From the human T2T-CHM13v2.0 reference genome, Homo sapiens, in NCBI GenBank assembly GCA_009914755.4, contig CP068257.2, forward strand, positions 36,672,001 through 36,736,000: a stretch of 64,000 bases of DNA. Reading direction: 5' to 3'. The notes below the pieces were generated by a model that worked only from the letters and a program-made list of their open reading frames with translations, ran no database searches and had not been told where the DNA came from. Each line of letters begins with the position of its first letter. The first letter of the stretch is position 1. This document shows positions 1 through 12,700 of the stretch, piece after piece. A program made the position numbers and the translations under genes.

Positions 1-371
1 GCCAGAAAACAAGCCAGCCTGAAATTGTTACCCATATTTATAAAACATACTTTCTATGTTTCCGTGCCTTCATCGTAGTGCAAAATATTATAAATGTGAG
101 GCAAAGAAAGATAAATGTGAGTGGTAAAAATTGGCAGACTCAACATCTTAGTGAGAGAGATAGATTTACTTAAGGGAAAGTCAGTTTGGAAGTATTGTAA
201 ATTATATAATGATATGGCATAAAAAGGCATGATCCAGTCTCAAGCATCTTCTCATGTCTCACAGAAACAGGAGTTAAGAAAACCAGCATCACTGCTTACT
301 TCCCACGTGTCATCTCCTGTGAATGCTCCAACCATGTCCACTTTGAAGTTTCATTAAATAAAACACATTAA

Positions 372-670
372 GCCGGGTGCGGTGGCTCACGCCTGTAATC
401 TCATCACTTTGGGAGGCGGAGGCAGGCAGATCACTTGAGGTCAGGAGTTCGAGAGCCTGGCCAACATGGTTAAACCCCATCTCTATTAAAAATACATAAA
501 TTAGCCGGGTATGGTGGTGCATGCCTATAATCCCAGCTCCTTGGGAGGTTGAGGCACGAGAATCATTTGAACCCAGGAGGCTGAGGTTGCAGTGAGCTGA
601 GATCGCACCATTGCACTCTCCAGCCTCGGCAACAGAGCAAGACTGTCTCAAAAAAAAAAAAAAAAAAAAA
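372..670 (+). mobile_element. Alu SINE, full length with poly(A) tail
   Basis: Begins GCCGGGTGCGGTGGCTCACGCCTGTAATC. Has the middle A-rich linker. The right arm ends GCACTCTCCAGCCTCGGCAACAGAGCAAGACTGTCTC followed by A(20). It is diverged with CpG decay, so an older S or J subfamily. Confidence 0.9.
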
Positions 671-889
671 GGTCAAATACTTGCTTCTCTACCAGTATTA
701 TCTGCAAAAACAGAAGCCTTCCACTCTGATTTATACCACAGTCAGACAAACCCAAACGCTGTGGATTTCCTTCTCCTTAACCAAATGGTACTGTTTTGAG
801 CCATCTTCTCCTCTGTTGTAGGTTTGGACTAATCCAGACAAAAATAGTGAGTGAGATTCCACTAGCCTGTTGAAGAAATCTCTTTCCTA

Positions 890-1247
<358 letters not shown>

Positions 1248-2447
1248 TCACCCCCTCCACACTCACTTCCAGACATCAGTGTTCCTGTTTTGCCAGTCAT
1301 CTCACAACAATGCATGTCCAAGCCACGCTGTGATTAGAGGGAGAATATGCTTATTACCCAAGTTCTTCGCATGTTGGAGCAGGGAGAGGCCAAGGGTGGT
1401 AAACCACAGGAAATTTCCATTTGCCCTCCGCTGCGGCACTCTCACTCTATAGGGAAGTTAGTTGTTATTAGGTAATAATGTTCAGCGGAGGTTGGTCACT
1501 CGTAACAACAGACAGATGTGTAATGTTTTATTTGGGTTAGCCAGCTCTCTCACAAATAAAGGGCCTGAAATTAAACTGTCTTTATGAAAATATTCAGTAA
1601 ATGATACCTCTGGCTTATTCCAGTGCTCAGATTCTTTGCCATGGAAAATGGCAAATGAGTCCCCTGTTGGGCCCGGAATCTGTTTAAACTTGTCTTTGTC
1701 GAGTACAGAAGGGTTGATGTTCTATGAGATTAAAAAAAAGTTTTTAAAGAATTCGCATCGAGGAGTAAAGGGAACAACGATGCAAACCACATTTAGAGAT
1801 GGAAAAGAATTTTTTTTTAGTACTTATGGAATTTCAAACAATAATAATGGAACAGAAACATAGGAAAAAAGCTACATATCTGACCACAGAGGCAAATTGC
1901 ATTATTACATGCTCACATGCAATGCAAATGTGGATTGGTCTGTAAAGGAACACTTTTTGCTTTTCTAATGCATAGTAGGGTGAGAGGGGCACCTCTCCAA
2001 TTTGCCAAGGCATCACTAGCAAACTCCAGCTACCGAATTGCTTGGGGAAATTGAGTTCTTTTGAAGACAGGTTCTTGGGAACTGCACCCCAAGAACTTCT
2101 GGTTAAGTAGCTCAGGTGTGGAGCCTGAGAGCCTGCATTTCTGACGATGGGGATGCTGCGGTTGGATGAGGGGAGAAGGGTCACACTATTCTATACCACC
2201 CTGTTTCCAGTAGCCAGTGAGATGGATAACTCATCTCAACATAGAGTGTGACCACGAAGAGAGATACCTACCCGTAAAATGGACTAAGATTCACAAAAGC
2301 TTGTTTCCAGCTCTAACCTTGTTACTGGCTCAGTAACCTTGAACAAGTTACTCAAACTTTTTGATCCTTTTATCTCCCTAGATATAAAGTGTAGAGTTTA
2401 GACCAGATCAGCACTCCTCAGTGTTCTCAAATGTCATAAAAAGGGCT

Positions 2448-2449
<2 letters not shown>

Positions 2450-2480
<31 letters not shown>
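2450..2480. repeat. (CA)15 microsatellite followed by a short (TA)4
   Basis: Perfect CACACA... run visible at 2450-2480, then tgTATATATA. Confidence 0.9.
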
Positions 2481-2484
<4 letters not shown>

Positions 2485-3134
2485 TATATAGCTACAGTTA
2501 AGCAGGTTTTATAACTGTAGGATGTCTCAGAAACTGTAATAAACAAATGTGCAATGTGGCTCTCCAAAGAGTGAAAACAATGGGGTGTCTGGGGGCTCAG
2601 CTTCAGCTCCAGTAGGCAAATCCTTCCAAAAGTATTTAACCACAAATTCCTTTATGTGTATGGAACACCTGAATCACACACTTCAGCAAGAGAACCCCTA
2701 ATGTCCTCCAGCCTTAACTTTCCCATCCTAGAATCTAGGTTCTCCCCACAGTCCTCCAATGTTCCCAGCCAGGCCAATGCTAAAAGCTTCCCTTAATGAT
2801 ACCCATTATCCAAGGAAGAAACCTGAGAGCAATTTTCTACTACCTGTTTGCTTTTTTCCAGCAATTCTCAACTTTTTGCCAAGACATTACACCCGAATTT
2901 CTATCCCCAAGGAAACATTTTCTAACTAAAAACTCCACCTGGCCACTGCAGTACTTATATATTTAATCCCAATGACTTTCTCCATTCCTTTGTTTGAAAG
3001 TAATGAGACTAAATTTTAGACAATCTAATTTCTTGGCTTATTCATTTTCTCCATATTCCAGATAACTTTTAAGTGGTGAAGAGTATAAATCGTGGTTTTC
3101 CAAGTGTAGTCTAAGGTCTAACAGCATCGGGGAT

Positions 3135-3285
3135 ATCTGGGAAATTATCAGAACTACAGACCCTCTGGCTGCACCCCAAACCTGCTGAATCGGAAATTCT
3201 GAGGTAGGACCCAGTCATTTGCATTTTTATCAACCCCTCCAGGTGATTCTAAAGCACACTGAAGTTAGAGACACAGTGTTGAGAT
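3135..3285 (+). mobile_element. Ancient MER-type (hAT-Charlie-like) non-autonomous DNA-transposon fragment. Family not confidently assigned.
   Basis: CTGGGAAATTATCAGAACTACAGACCCTCTGGCTGCACCCCAAACCTGCTGAATCGGAAATTCTGAGGTAGGACCCAGTCATTTGCATTTTTATCAACCCCTCCAGGTGATTCTAAAGCACACTGAAGTTAGAGA. This parallels a common mammalian repeat consensus I remember (...CCTGGGAACTTGTTAGAAATGCAAATTCTCAGGCCCCACCCCAGACCTACTGAATCAGAAACTCTGGG...CAAGCCCTCCAGGTGATTCTGATGCACACTAAAGTTTGAGAACCACTG). A second diverged copy is at about 12515-12700. Confidence 0.35.
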
Positions 3286-4120
3286 CAGAAGCATGGACTA
3301 TGGATTCCAACATACCTTGTGCTATATCACAGTTCCTTTGTCTGAAATATGGGAATAATAGTAGTACTTACTTCAGAGTCTATGTGAGAATTAAATTAAT
3401 ATATAATACCTAATATCAGGCCTGGCACAGGGTGAGCAATGAGTCAATTAATTACAGCTGCTTAATCTATAATGGATGCTGACGCGTAGTGAGCAGGAAC
3501 TTAGCTTTGTCACACTGCACCACGAGACTCCTTTGCAAGCTAATGCTGATGATGGTGGTTAGATAGGAGTGCAGCCGTGGGAGCAGACAGAGCTGGTTTG
3601 CTCACCAGGTGCTCCATGTATTAGCTTTGTGAATGCATGTAAATTATTTAATTTCTCTAAGCTTAGTTTCGTCACCTAGAAAATAGAGAAAATAATTTCT
3701 CCCCAAGGTAAAGAGAGGGATTCAATAAGATAATATCTATAACTGCTTTGAAAAGTGCCTGGACCCTTTTAAGTTGTCCCTTCCCAAATGAAAGCTATCA
3801 ATGACCTAATGACAGTGGTACCTGGGCGGCCCAGTGTGTCTATGTGATTACAGATCCTGAGGCCACTAGGTCCTTAAACTTGGGCTTCTTGCTCCACAAA
3901 ATATTAGAATGATAGGATATGATACCCTTACAACTTTCCCTAAAAAGCTATCTTGTCATGATAAATGTAAATATTGACTCAGAAGTAATCAAAAGATAAT
4001 TAGTCACCTTTTCTATGTTGTTCTTAGGGATAAGGCAAGCCATTCTTGCCATTACAATCTTGTTGAATTTGGGTTCTTTTTGTATTCAGTGTTGAGTCAT
4101 AGACCAACATTCAGAGTTTA

Positions 4121-4486
<366 letters not shown>

Positions 4487-6707
4487 TTAGGTCAGGCATA
4501 TAATCCTAAGATAAAAAAATATGTATTAATCGTGAAAATGTCTCTGTGGTCAGGTTTCACTAGGTTTTGCCTTGTTAACAACTCTAAGAACTGTGTGGCT
4601 TACAGCAACAAGAATTTTTTCTCACCTGTGTTTCAAGTCAGCTGTAGTTGAATTATGGCTCAGTTCCAAGTTTCCTTCTTCCCACTTACCAGAAGGAAGG
4701 AACAGCCCAATCCATGACCCACCCACATGCAAGGCAAGCCATGTGATGATCCCGACACCTCTCTTCAGGCATGGTGTGGGTTACTGCTGTTCACACTCCA
4801 TTGGCCAAAGCAGGTGACAGGGCCACACCTGACACAAGGGAGTAGGAAACACACACCCCACCCCCGCTACGCCCGGGCAGGGAAAGTCCCAGTGAAGGAT
4901 CCTTTGTGGAAGGACCCAGCCGAGAGGCACAGCAAATAGTTGGGAGCAACATACATCAACCACAACCTCCCAAATTGTCACAGCTCTACCAATAGTTTCC
5001 AAGTTCAAACACATCTTCCAAACACAGGTCACTGAGAGGAAACTAGCTTCCAAGTGTGCTGTAATCTCAACTGGTGCTTCCCCTGAAATCCTGATAATTC
5101 CCCTGGAGGAGAATGAGTGATTCTTCAGCCTCCAAGGAGCTGTCATTCTTTCTGGGCCATCCTTCAGTCCTCAGTAGTCTAAGGACTACTTTTGCAGAAG
5201 GAAAGTAGAATTTCCTCAGGAGATACAAACCGAAGGATTGCCCTCTGGAATCTGCTGAGAATCCACTTTGTCCACCTTGCTTGTTTTCAATGAACATGTC
5301 TGTTTCTGAGGCCACTTGGCAAAGCTATCTGTGCCCTTGGCTGGTATGGATGAGTTAAAAGCTGGACTTTGTACAGTCAGACCAGCCTTTAAAGCGGATC
5401 CTTCACTGCTGCGTAGTGTAGGGAGGAAAATGGCCCAAGGCCAAGGCCAAAGGTCATGGTGCATGTGCTCCTGTGACCACAGTCGAGGGAGCCCAGGGAG
5501 GAGAGCTAAGCCTTTATTCTCAATTGTTTTAAGCCTCCTGAGCTCAGTGAACCCCAAGTAGATTCTTGTCAAGCATTTTTTTTCTACTTAATATTTAAAA
5601 CTGTGATACTTAAAGTCAAATTTAATCCAGGCATTTTTGATTTCTGGACAAAGAGATCATTGAAAAATTAATTTGTCAGAAATATATGACACGCAAAAAA
5701 GCAAAAAGCTTTTTAAGTAACTTTTCTTACAAACAGGAAGCTATGTTTTTTCAGAGCTTAAAAGTGAGATCCACCACAAGTTAATTTTAGTCTAGAAATC
5801 CAAAGTTACTATTTGATTTAGATTTCACTCTTTATGCCTCATCACCCTGGTTAAAAGACGTGGAATGAGCTCGCTGAAGGCCTAGTTGAGGAACCCCGGT
5901 TCTGGGGAGCCACTGTCTCCCCATTTTTCTGTAAGTGAGAAATGTTTTTTCTAAGGGGCCTTTGCTTTGTTAGTTCACTGTGAAACGCAGAATGAAGTTT
6001 TCTCGAGATGGGCAAATTGAAAATCTTCAAAATCTGGCCTAACAGAGCTCTAAGTTTTAAAGACATCAATGTCTTTAAACATTGCCATCATCAACATGGC
6101 AATGGGTACCATTATCCTTGCTGTGTCCCCAACACTGGAAGTGTAGTTCTCCATATAGCTAAGTACCTTTTTCAATGTGCCTTCTGTTCCATTCTGTTTC
6201 AGAGTGTGTTTATTTTCTTTCCTTTAACTTCAGAAAACTAATGCTCACAGCATAAGCACTCAGTGACCTCAGACCATTAATCTTTTACTGGTTTGAAGTA
6301 GGAGAAAGTAATACTGACCTATCCATTCAATAGTTGTAAGAACTTCACTTAGGTAGATATCGCCATTCTAAAAATTGCAACCCCAACCCACAAACTGAAA
6401 CGATATAACAAAAACTGCAGAAATAAACATTATTTCCAGAAATTAAAGAAAACTGTTAATGGTTTATATGAAATATTGCTTAGCTGGGAGGATTAACCCT
6501 TTTCTCATTTGCCCTGAGAATACTCACTGGCAGCACTTGAGGCTGCAATATTTACCTGGAGATGATTTTGCCACACAGTATATTACTTTTATTATTATTT
6601 TCATATCACTCTAGTATATCAACTTTGGAAACAAAAGACAACATTCTATTTAGAGCATTCTGCTTTTAGTAGTGGTATTTTTATTTACAAAATATAGTAA
6701 TTCTTGA

Positions 6708-6863
<156 letters not shown>

Positions 6864-7519
6864 TAGAAATAACTCCAAGAACAATTTTTATGTTTTACTT
6901 TCACATTGAAAATCAATCAGATTTGCTTCAGCCTCGAAAAGCATGTTTATGTAAAATTAAGTGAGTACTGGTGGCAAGCTGCACTTTTTTTTTTAATGGG
7001 AAAAAGGTTAAGATAGGGGAAATTAGAAGAAACTATTCTTCTCTCATTCTTTGTGTTTTTATCTTTTGGAAAACTGTTATTGTTGCTTACCATGTTAGAA
7101 GTTAAGCCAGGTCTATTGAAGAATCACTAAGGGAATATAACCTAAGGCAGTAACATAAAATTATATGAAATAAGAGTATGTATCAACACTGATTCAAACT
7201 TCATGAAAGAAGTCTGCTGAGGAATAAAATTCTATAAATTAAGAGCCTATGATGAAGTGCAATTCATAAAGCCTATGGGTAAGATTGATGGGCACAAAGA
7301 AGATTCTGGGTCTTAATAGAGCAATGACAAAGAGGTCATTTGCCAAACATGCTGTGGCCACACTGGCAGGATCCAGCCTGTAAGAGGATGCACAGGTTAA
7401 TTGGGAATACTTTAACTATAAGAGAGTAATAACTGTAAATAATTGGCAGATCAGAAGAAACGTAGGAAGTATAAGTGTGCCTGTGTGTGTGTGAGAGACA
7501 TAAAAATATATGGATGTAG

Positions 7520-7745
7520 ACAGATGGATGATTGATAGATAGATACAGATCATAGATAATTGATAGGTAATAGATCAATAATTGACAGATGATAGATAAT
7601 ATGCAGGTAGATATTTAGACCGGTAATAAATAGATAGATAATTGATAGATAATAGATTGATTGGTGATATATAATAAATGATAGATTAGAGAGATAATTG
7701 ATAGATAATAGATTGATAGAAGATAGATAATAGGCAGATAGCTTA
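7520..7745. repeat. Imperfect (GATA)/(GATAGATAAT)-type tandem repeat (minisatellite-like), preceded by a short (GT)n at 7484-7494
   Basis: Repeated units gatagataattgatagataatagattga... across about 225 bp. The ORFs at 7336-7578 and 7550-7771 (-) are low-complexity artefacts (IIY/LSI-rich). Confidence 0.75.
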
Positions 7746-8358
7746 GGAAGAATTATTTTCAAAAAGTACATGCAAAAGAACCTCTTGAATTTAAAGGAGA
7801 TTACATGAAACTGTGGATGTTTAAGGGGATTTTGTGGTGGACTGACAGGAACCCTGGGCTAGCTTCCAAAGACTTTGGACCTTGTTCTTTCTGCCAGGAC
7901 CCAGCTGTGTCAAGTGGGATGGTTCTGACAATCTTTTCCACTCTAATGTCCTATGACTCAACAGTAGCAATGCATTTCCACAGGCGGTAAAAATATTCTA
8001 GACTCTTCCCTTCCAGCGCTCACTGTTTACTTCCTCTGCACTTCCCCTTCCTGCCTCCCCGTGTGCCGGTCAGTTCATAGCGGGCCTCAATGAGGGTGGG
8101 TTAACCCTCTCTTTCCAGGGTGTTTTGCTACGGAGCTCCCTCCAGGGGCTGGGAACTGTGTGGTGAGGGCTGTGGTTGGGGTTCAGCTTCCTTCTTAAAT
8201 CGTTCCTTGAACCTTTACCCTATTCTGTGCACTGTGCCGATTTCCAGGGATTGGAAGGTAAATGCCACTGCGTAACTCTTAGAAAATCATCGGGGGTCAG
8301 TTTTACTGGGGTGCACTTGGTAACCATCTATGAATCCATGTGTCCCTCTTTCTTTCAG

Positions 8359-8444
8359 GCAGTAGCAGAATCCCATGGTAGCCAGGTGGGTGAAGGGGAG
8401 CGAGGACGTTCTACCTGCCTTGAAGAAGACACCTGACCTGCGGA
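8359..8444 (+). other. Candidate upstream non-coding (5'UTR) exon, possibly of KCNJ15. The alternative 3' boundary is 8456.
   Basis: A strong polypyrimidine tract plus AG acceptor (ccatgtgtccctctttctttcAG|GCAGTAGCAG, AG at 8357-8358). A consensus donor GGA|GTGAGT at 8445-8450, with a second possible donor CAG|GTAGTA at 8457. The 86-98 nt GC-rich body has retained CpGs and lies about 2.3 kb upstream of the coding exon. This rests on splice signals only. I have no transcript evidence. Confidence 0.3.
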
Positions 8445-10694
8445 GTGAGTGACCAGGTAGTAGACGGTTCTGAGGGCATCACACACTTGAGGGAGGGAGG
8501 AGGACAGAGAGGGCCATGGCACCCTTTGACTGCTGAGTGCCAGCTGCTCTCTTTCCCACTGAGAAATGCTGCCCCCAACACACCCAGAGGCTCTAGGTCT
8601 TGTCCTGTGATTTCTGTCCACCAAGACTTGATAGGAGGTATGATAGATGCCATTAACTCCAGCACTATATACACAGGACTGCAGCAAAAGCGCTCTCAGC
8701 AGAAAGAGGAAACAGATACAGTTCATCCCAAGCCTGGCTTGCTGCCCCTTTGAAAGAGAGTTTCAAACAGAAGCTTCATGGTGCTGCCTTCATAAAAACA
8801 GGGCCAAGCTTTCCAGAATCTGGCAGAGGGCTGAGTGCCCGCAGGACACTTGTGTATCACTCACACTGGAAAACTTAAGCCTCTGTTTTTATTTCAGTGG
8901 ATTGAATGGCATGCAGTTTCCTCAGCAGCTTAAAAAAAATGCATGCAGTCACTTGCAGACAGGCTGCATTTGTCTCTGCTGGTGCTCATGTTACAAGTTT
9001 GTCTGTGCATTTGGGCATGCCAGAATGGCGTTTCATTTCCAAACCTTTATTGTGGTCACTTTCCTCTTCGTTACACTGAGAAGTGTTGCTGAGGGTATAG
9101 TAAGGCCCTAGTTCATCAATTATATCCTGTACTTTTCTTCTAACTTGATCCCAAGAACAGTGGAATTTGCTTCAAGGTAAACAAATTTTGAATAATTTAT
9201 GGCCCTTCTTTTCAACAAAAATGAAAACGTGACTTTCTAAAGAAAAGTCAATTTCAAGGGGGCATTTAGTAAATAACACACTCTTAATAAAGTAACAGGA
9301 AAATTAAAATGCCCAGCAGACCCATTGCCTCCTGAACAGGTGTTTGCTGCTAATGGATACAGTTTCCATTTCCTTGAAGGGATTTGCCCAGAGGATTACT
9401 TTCACAACTTCTATTGAGATAATACTGCTCTAACAGAAAGAGCAATGCATGAATCTGTATATCAGTTCCTTAATAAAAGGGAAGATTTTTTTAGTTCCTA
9501 AAATACCAATGAGGTGAAGAAAAACATGCCACCCAGGTAAAGTTACTCTGTAATCACCCGCATTATCTTTTTCAAGGAATGTGGGGGAAATTTATGTCAG
9601 TCATCAGGCAGGTACTAGAAGATGCTAGGGGCCTCACAGACAGCTTGTTCCCGGCTGTTAACATGGAGCAGAGCGTTCCCTGGGGCTGAGCATGGGAGCC
9701 CAGCACTTCTTATAGGTAGGTCTTTCCTACTATAATATTAGATGCCTACACTTATTGACTTTTTCATTTGCTCTTTAAAATAGATTTCTTCTGCTGGTTC
9801 TGCTTAGTTCTAAGGAGTAAGGTAGAATTTTGGTGCCATACCTAAATATCACGTCTAAAATGACATTGGTAGCACTTTTCCAAGAATAACCAGCATATTG
9901 ATTAAGCCATTAATAAAGCCTAATTATTTGCTTTAAGAATGTTTTTGGTTGTTTCAAACTGAGTTTTTTCCAAAGTCATAACAAAACTAGGAGAGGCTGT
10001 AGGTTCTTAATTATTCATTAGATTAGGGGGAAAACGAATTGCTATTACAAAGAATATCATGCAAAAAATAGGTTTTAAAAAATGCATTACTACTGAGTTT
10101 TAAAAATGTATACTAACATTCTCCATATCAAGAACTGTTTCATGGATGGTAGATTTTAGTTATAGCAGTACTGGACTTACACTCAGTCAAATAATTTTAA
10201 ATTTTCTATAATTGGGAATACATGGTAGCTGAATATAAGCAAACATATTACTCTATGAAATAAATGCATAAGAGTTTGTTATCACAAAAAACAGCATAAC
10301 ATTATTTTTTTGAAACACAAGGCTCTGTTTTAACACTTTACCTTGTTTAATAGTAACAAAACCCCTGAGGAATAGGTTGTATTGCCATTTTAAACACTGG
10401 AGAGCAAAGGTCCAGAGAGGTTAAATAGCTTTCTGCAGGTCACACAGCTGATGAATTGCAGAGTCAGCATTTAACCCCGGTCTGCTTTTCTGGAAAGCCT
10501 CTGCTCCTCACTCTACCCTACCGACCACCTAAGTATAGATCAGTTAATCTTGCCTTCAGAATTCTCCTTTCTTGTGTACTTCCATGTACATTCATACTTA
10601 CTTCACATGATGATTCTATTTTCTGGAAGTTCCACCACATATGGCGATAATGAAACATCTTTGTCATTTCTCTAAGTGTTTCCAGAGCCTGGCA

Positions 10695-11822
10695 ATGGAT
10701 GCCATTCACATCGGCATGTCCAGCACCCCCCTGGTGAAGCACACTGCTGGGGCTGGGCTCAAGGCCAACAGACCCCGCGTCATGTCCAAGAGTGGGCACA
10801 GCAACGTGAGAATTGACAAAGTGGATGGCATATACCTACTCTACCTGCAAGACCTGTGGACCACAGTTATCGACATGAAGTGGAGATACAAACTCACCCT
10901 GTTCGCTGCCACTTTTGTGATGACCTGGTTCCTTTTTGGAGTCATCTACTATGCCATCGCGTTTATTCATGGGGACTTAGAACCCGGTGAGCCCATTTCA
11001 AATCATACCCCCTGCATCATGAAAGTGGACTCTCTCACTGGGGCGTTTCTCTTTTCCCTGGAATCCCAGACAACCATTGGCTATGGAGTCCGTTCCATCA
11101 CAGAGGAATGTCCTCATGCCATCTTCCTGTTGGTTGCTCAGTTGGTCATCACGACCTTGATTGAGATCTTCATCACCGGAACCTTCCTGGCCAAAATCGC
11201 CAGACCCAAAAAGCGGGCTGAGACCATCAAGTTCAGCCACTGTGCAGTCATCACCAAGCAGAATGGGAAGCTGTGCTTGGTGATTCAGGTAGCCAATATG
11301 AGGAAGAGCCTCTTGATTCAGTGCCAGCTCTCTGGCAAGCTCCTGCAGACCCACGTCACCAAGGAGGGGGAGCGGATTCTCCTCAACCAAGCCACTGTCA
11401 AATTCCACGTGGACTCCTCCTCTGAGAGCCCCTTCCTCATTCTGCCCATGACATTCTACCATGTGCTGGATGAGACGAGCCCCCTGAGAGACCTCACACC
11501 CCAAAACCTAAAGGAGAAGGAGTTTGAGCTTGTGGTCCTCCTCAATGCCACTGTGGAATCCACCAGCGCTGTCTGCCAGAGCCGAACATCTTATATCCCA
11601 GAGGAAATCTACTGGGGTTTTGAGTTTGTGCCTGTGGTATCTCTCTCCAAAAATGGAAAATATGTGGCTGATTTCAGTCAGTTTGAACAGATTCGGAAAA
11701 GCCCAGATTGCACATTTTACTGTGCAGATTCTGAGAAACAGCAACTCGAGGAGAAGTACAGGCAGGAGGATCAGAGGGAAAGAGAACTGAGGACACTTTT
11801 ATTACAACAGAGCAATGTCTGA
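10695..11822 (+). CDS. KCNJ15: ATP-sensitive inward-rectifier K+ channel Kir4.2. Complete 375-aa CDS in one exon, stop TGA at 11820-11822.
   Basis: ORF-track protein from M19 ([45 protein letters not shown]...) to ...[15 protein letters not shown] matches my recollection of human Kir4.2 essentially residue for residue. It is clearly distinct from Kir4.1, which begins MTSVAKVYYSQTT and ends RISNV. Diagnostic channel features are visible: M1 helix [24 protein letters not shown], pore helix and selectivity filter [15 protein letters not shown]2 [30 protein letters not shown]2-binding RPKKRAET, and a C-terminal class-I PDZ ligand SNV. The start ATG at 10695 has a good Kozak context (gGCAATGG). 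A single-exon CDS is typical of KCNJ10/KCNJ15. Confidence 0.9.
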   Translation: MDAIHIGMSSTPLVKHTAGAGLKANRPRVMSKSGHSNVRIDKVDGIYLLYLQDLWTTVIDMKWRYKLTLFAATFVMTWFLFGVIYYAIAFIHGDLEPGEPISNHTPCIMKVDSLTGAFLFSLESQTTIGYGVRSITEECPHAIFLLVAQLVITTLIEIFITGTFLAKIARPKKRAETIKFSHCAVITKQNGKLCLVIQVANMRKSLLIQCQLSGKLLQTHVTKEGERILLNQATVKFHVDSSSESPFLILPMTFYHVLDETSPLRDLTPQNLKEKEFELVVLLNATVESTSAVCQSRTSYIPEEIYWGFEFVPVVSLSKNGKYVADFSQFEQIRKSPDCTFYCADSEKQQLEEKYRQEDQRERELRTLLLQQSNV

Positions 11823-12057
11823 TCACAGGGGCGCCATCCAGGTTTAACCCTGCAAGCTGTTTCCACATCAGAACTCCCTTCAAACACAAAGATTGCTGTG
11901 AAAACGAAAATGTGTAGACGCACTCTCAAAAACTGCACGGACATACAAAATCAATCTTTTCCTTTGATCTTGTGGCTAAACCAGCATTTCTGTGTTTGAG
12001 AGATTTCCTGTTAGGTGCTTCGTCTGAAAGTGAACTCTCATAATTCAAATTGTATAA

Positions 12058-12063
12058 AATAAA
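12058..12063 (+). promoter_or_regulatory. Candidate poly(A) signal AATAAA, the first canonical hexamer after the KCNJ15 stop (about 236 nt downstream). Further AATAAA hexamers at 12904-12909 and 13145-13150 are alternatives.
   Basis: tgtatAAATAAAgctacatttctaagagcttGGTGTagg has a GU-rich element about 25 nt downstream. The true 3'UTR length cannot be determined from sequence alone. Confidence 0.3.
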
Positions 12064-12514
12064 GCTACATTTCTAAGAGCTTGGTGTAGGGCAATTGGAA
12101 TAATGTCCTGTTAGATAAACAGACATTTAGCAATGCTGACATTAAAAGGAAATGTATTTCTATACAAGATTATTAGCTGTAATACAAGATATTTATTTAA
12201 CCAATGACCTTATGGCTGAGAGTTGAATTGTGGTTCAGTATTCATTGATCTCACTGCTTTAAAACATGCTCTTTTTGTTCAAGCAGGAAAAATATTATAT
12301 CTAATTATGTCTATGTGGTAATACCTAAAAAGAGGTAGAGAGACTCTATGTTCACAAAATATAGTAATTTCATTTTTACCTTTCTTCAGTGGACTGAATT
12401 GTATGGAAGGAAATTGATCAGATCTGTAATTCACAACTGTGGAAACCTACACAAATGGGGCTGATGCCATTGTTTCCTCTATTTTATTTTATTTATTTTT
12501 GAATCCACTATCTC

Positions 12515-12700
12515 TTTCCATTCAAAATATTTCCATTCAAAATGTGGTTCACAGACCCGCCACATCAGCACCATCCGAGAGCTTATTAGTAATGTGTAGA
12601 TTCTCATGTCCCAGCCAGACTTACAGAATTGGGGTCTGTATCTTAACAAGAACCCCAGATGATTTGTGTACAAATGAAAGTTCGAAAGCTGTGCTCTGGA
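12515..12700 (+). mobile_element. Second diverged copy of the same MER-type DNA-transposon-like repeat seen at 3135-3285
   Basis: CAAAATGTGGTTCACAGACCCGCCACATCAGCACCATCCGAGAGCTTATTAGTAATGTGTAGATTCTCATGTCCCAGCCAGACTTACAGAATTGGGGTCTGTATCTTAACAAGAACCCCAGATGATTTGTGTACAAATGAAAGTT. This aligns to the same remembered consensus (TGTGGTCCCTGGACCAGCAGCATCAGCATCACCTGGGAACTTGTTAGAAATGCAAATTCTCAGGCCCCACCCCAGACCTACTGAATCAG...TGTTTTAACAAGCCCTCCAGGTGATTCTGATGCACACTAAAGTT). Confidence 0.35.

Noticed and set aside
7336-7771. Two minus-strand ORFs rich in Ile/Tyr/Leu/Ser
   Set aside because: They translate the GATA-type tandem repeat. They are not genes, and the region is not a CRISPR array: there are no constant-length unique spacers, only degenerate tandem units.
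8647-9111. 154-aa ORF (MPLTPALYTQDCSKSALSRKRKQIQFIPSLACCPFERE...)
   Set aside because: It has no similarity to anything I recognise. It is Cys- and Phe-rich with odd composition and lies in intronic sequence upstream of KCNJ15. I treat it as a random ORF.
10641-10694. N-terminal 18-codon extension ([18 protein letters not shown]) of the KCNJ15 ORF from an upstream in-frame ATG
   Set aside because: It does not match Kir4.2. The upstream ATG has a weak Kozak context, and the region contains polypyrimidine/AG acceptor motifs (…TTTCTCTAAG, TGTTTCCAG). It is most likely intron/5'UTR read-through and not coding.
10998-11504. 168-aa ORF on the minus strand fully inside the KCNJ15 coding exon
   Set aside because: Antisense ORFs are common opposite codon-biased exons. 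It has no recognisable motifs and is overlapped by a strongly supported sense CDS.
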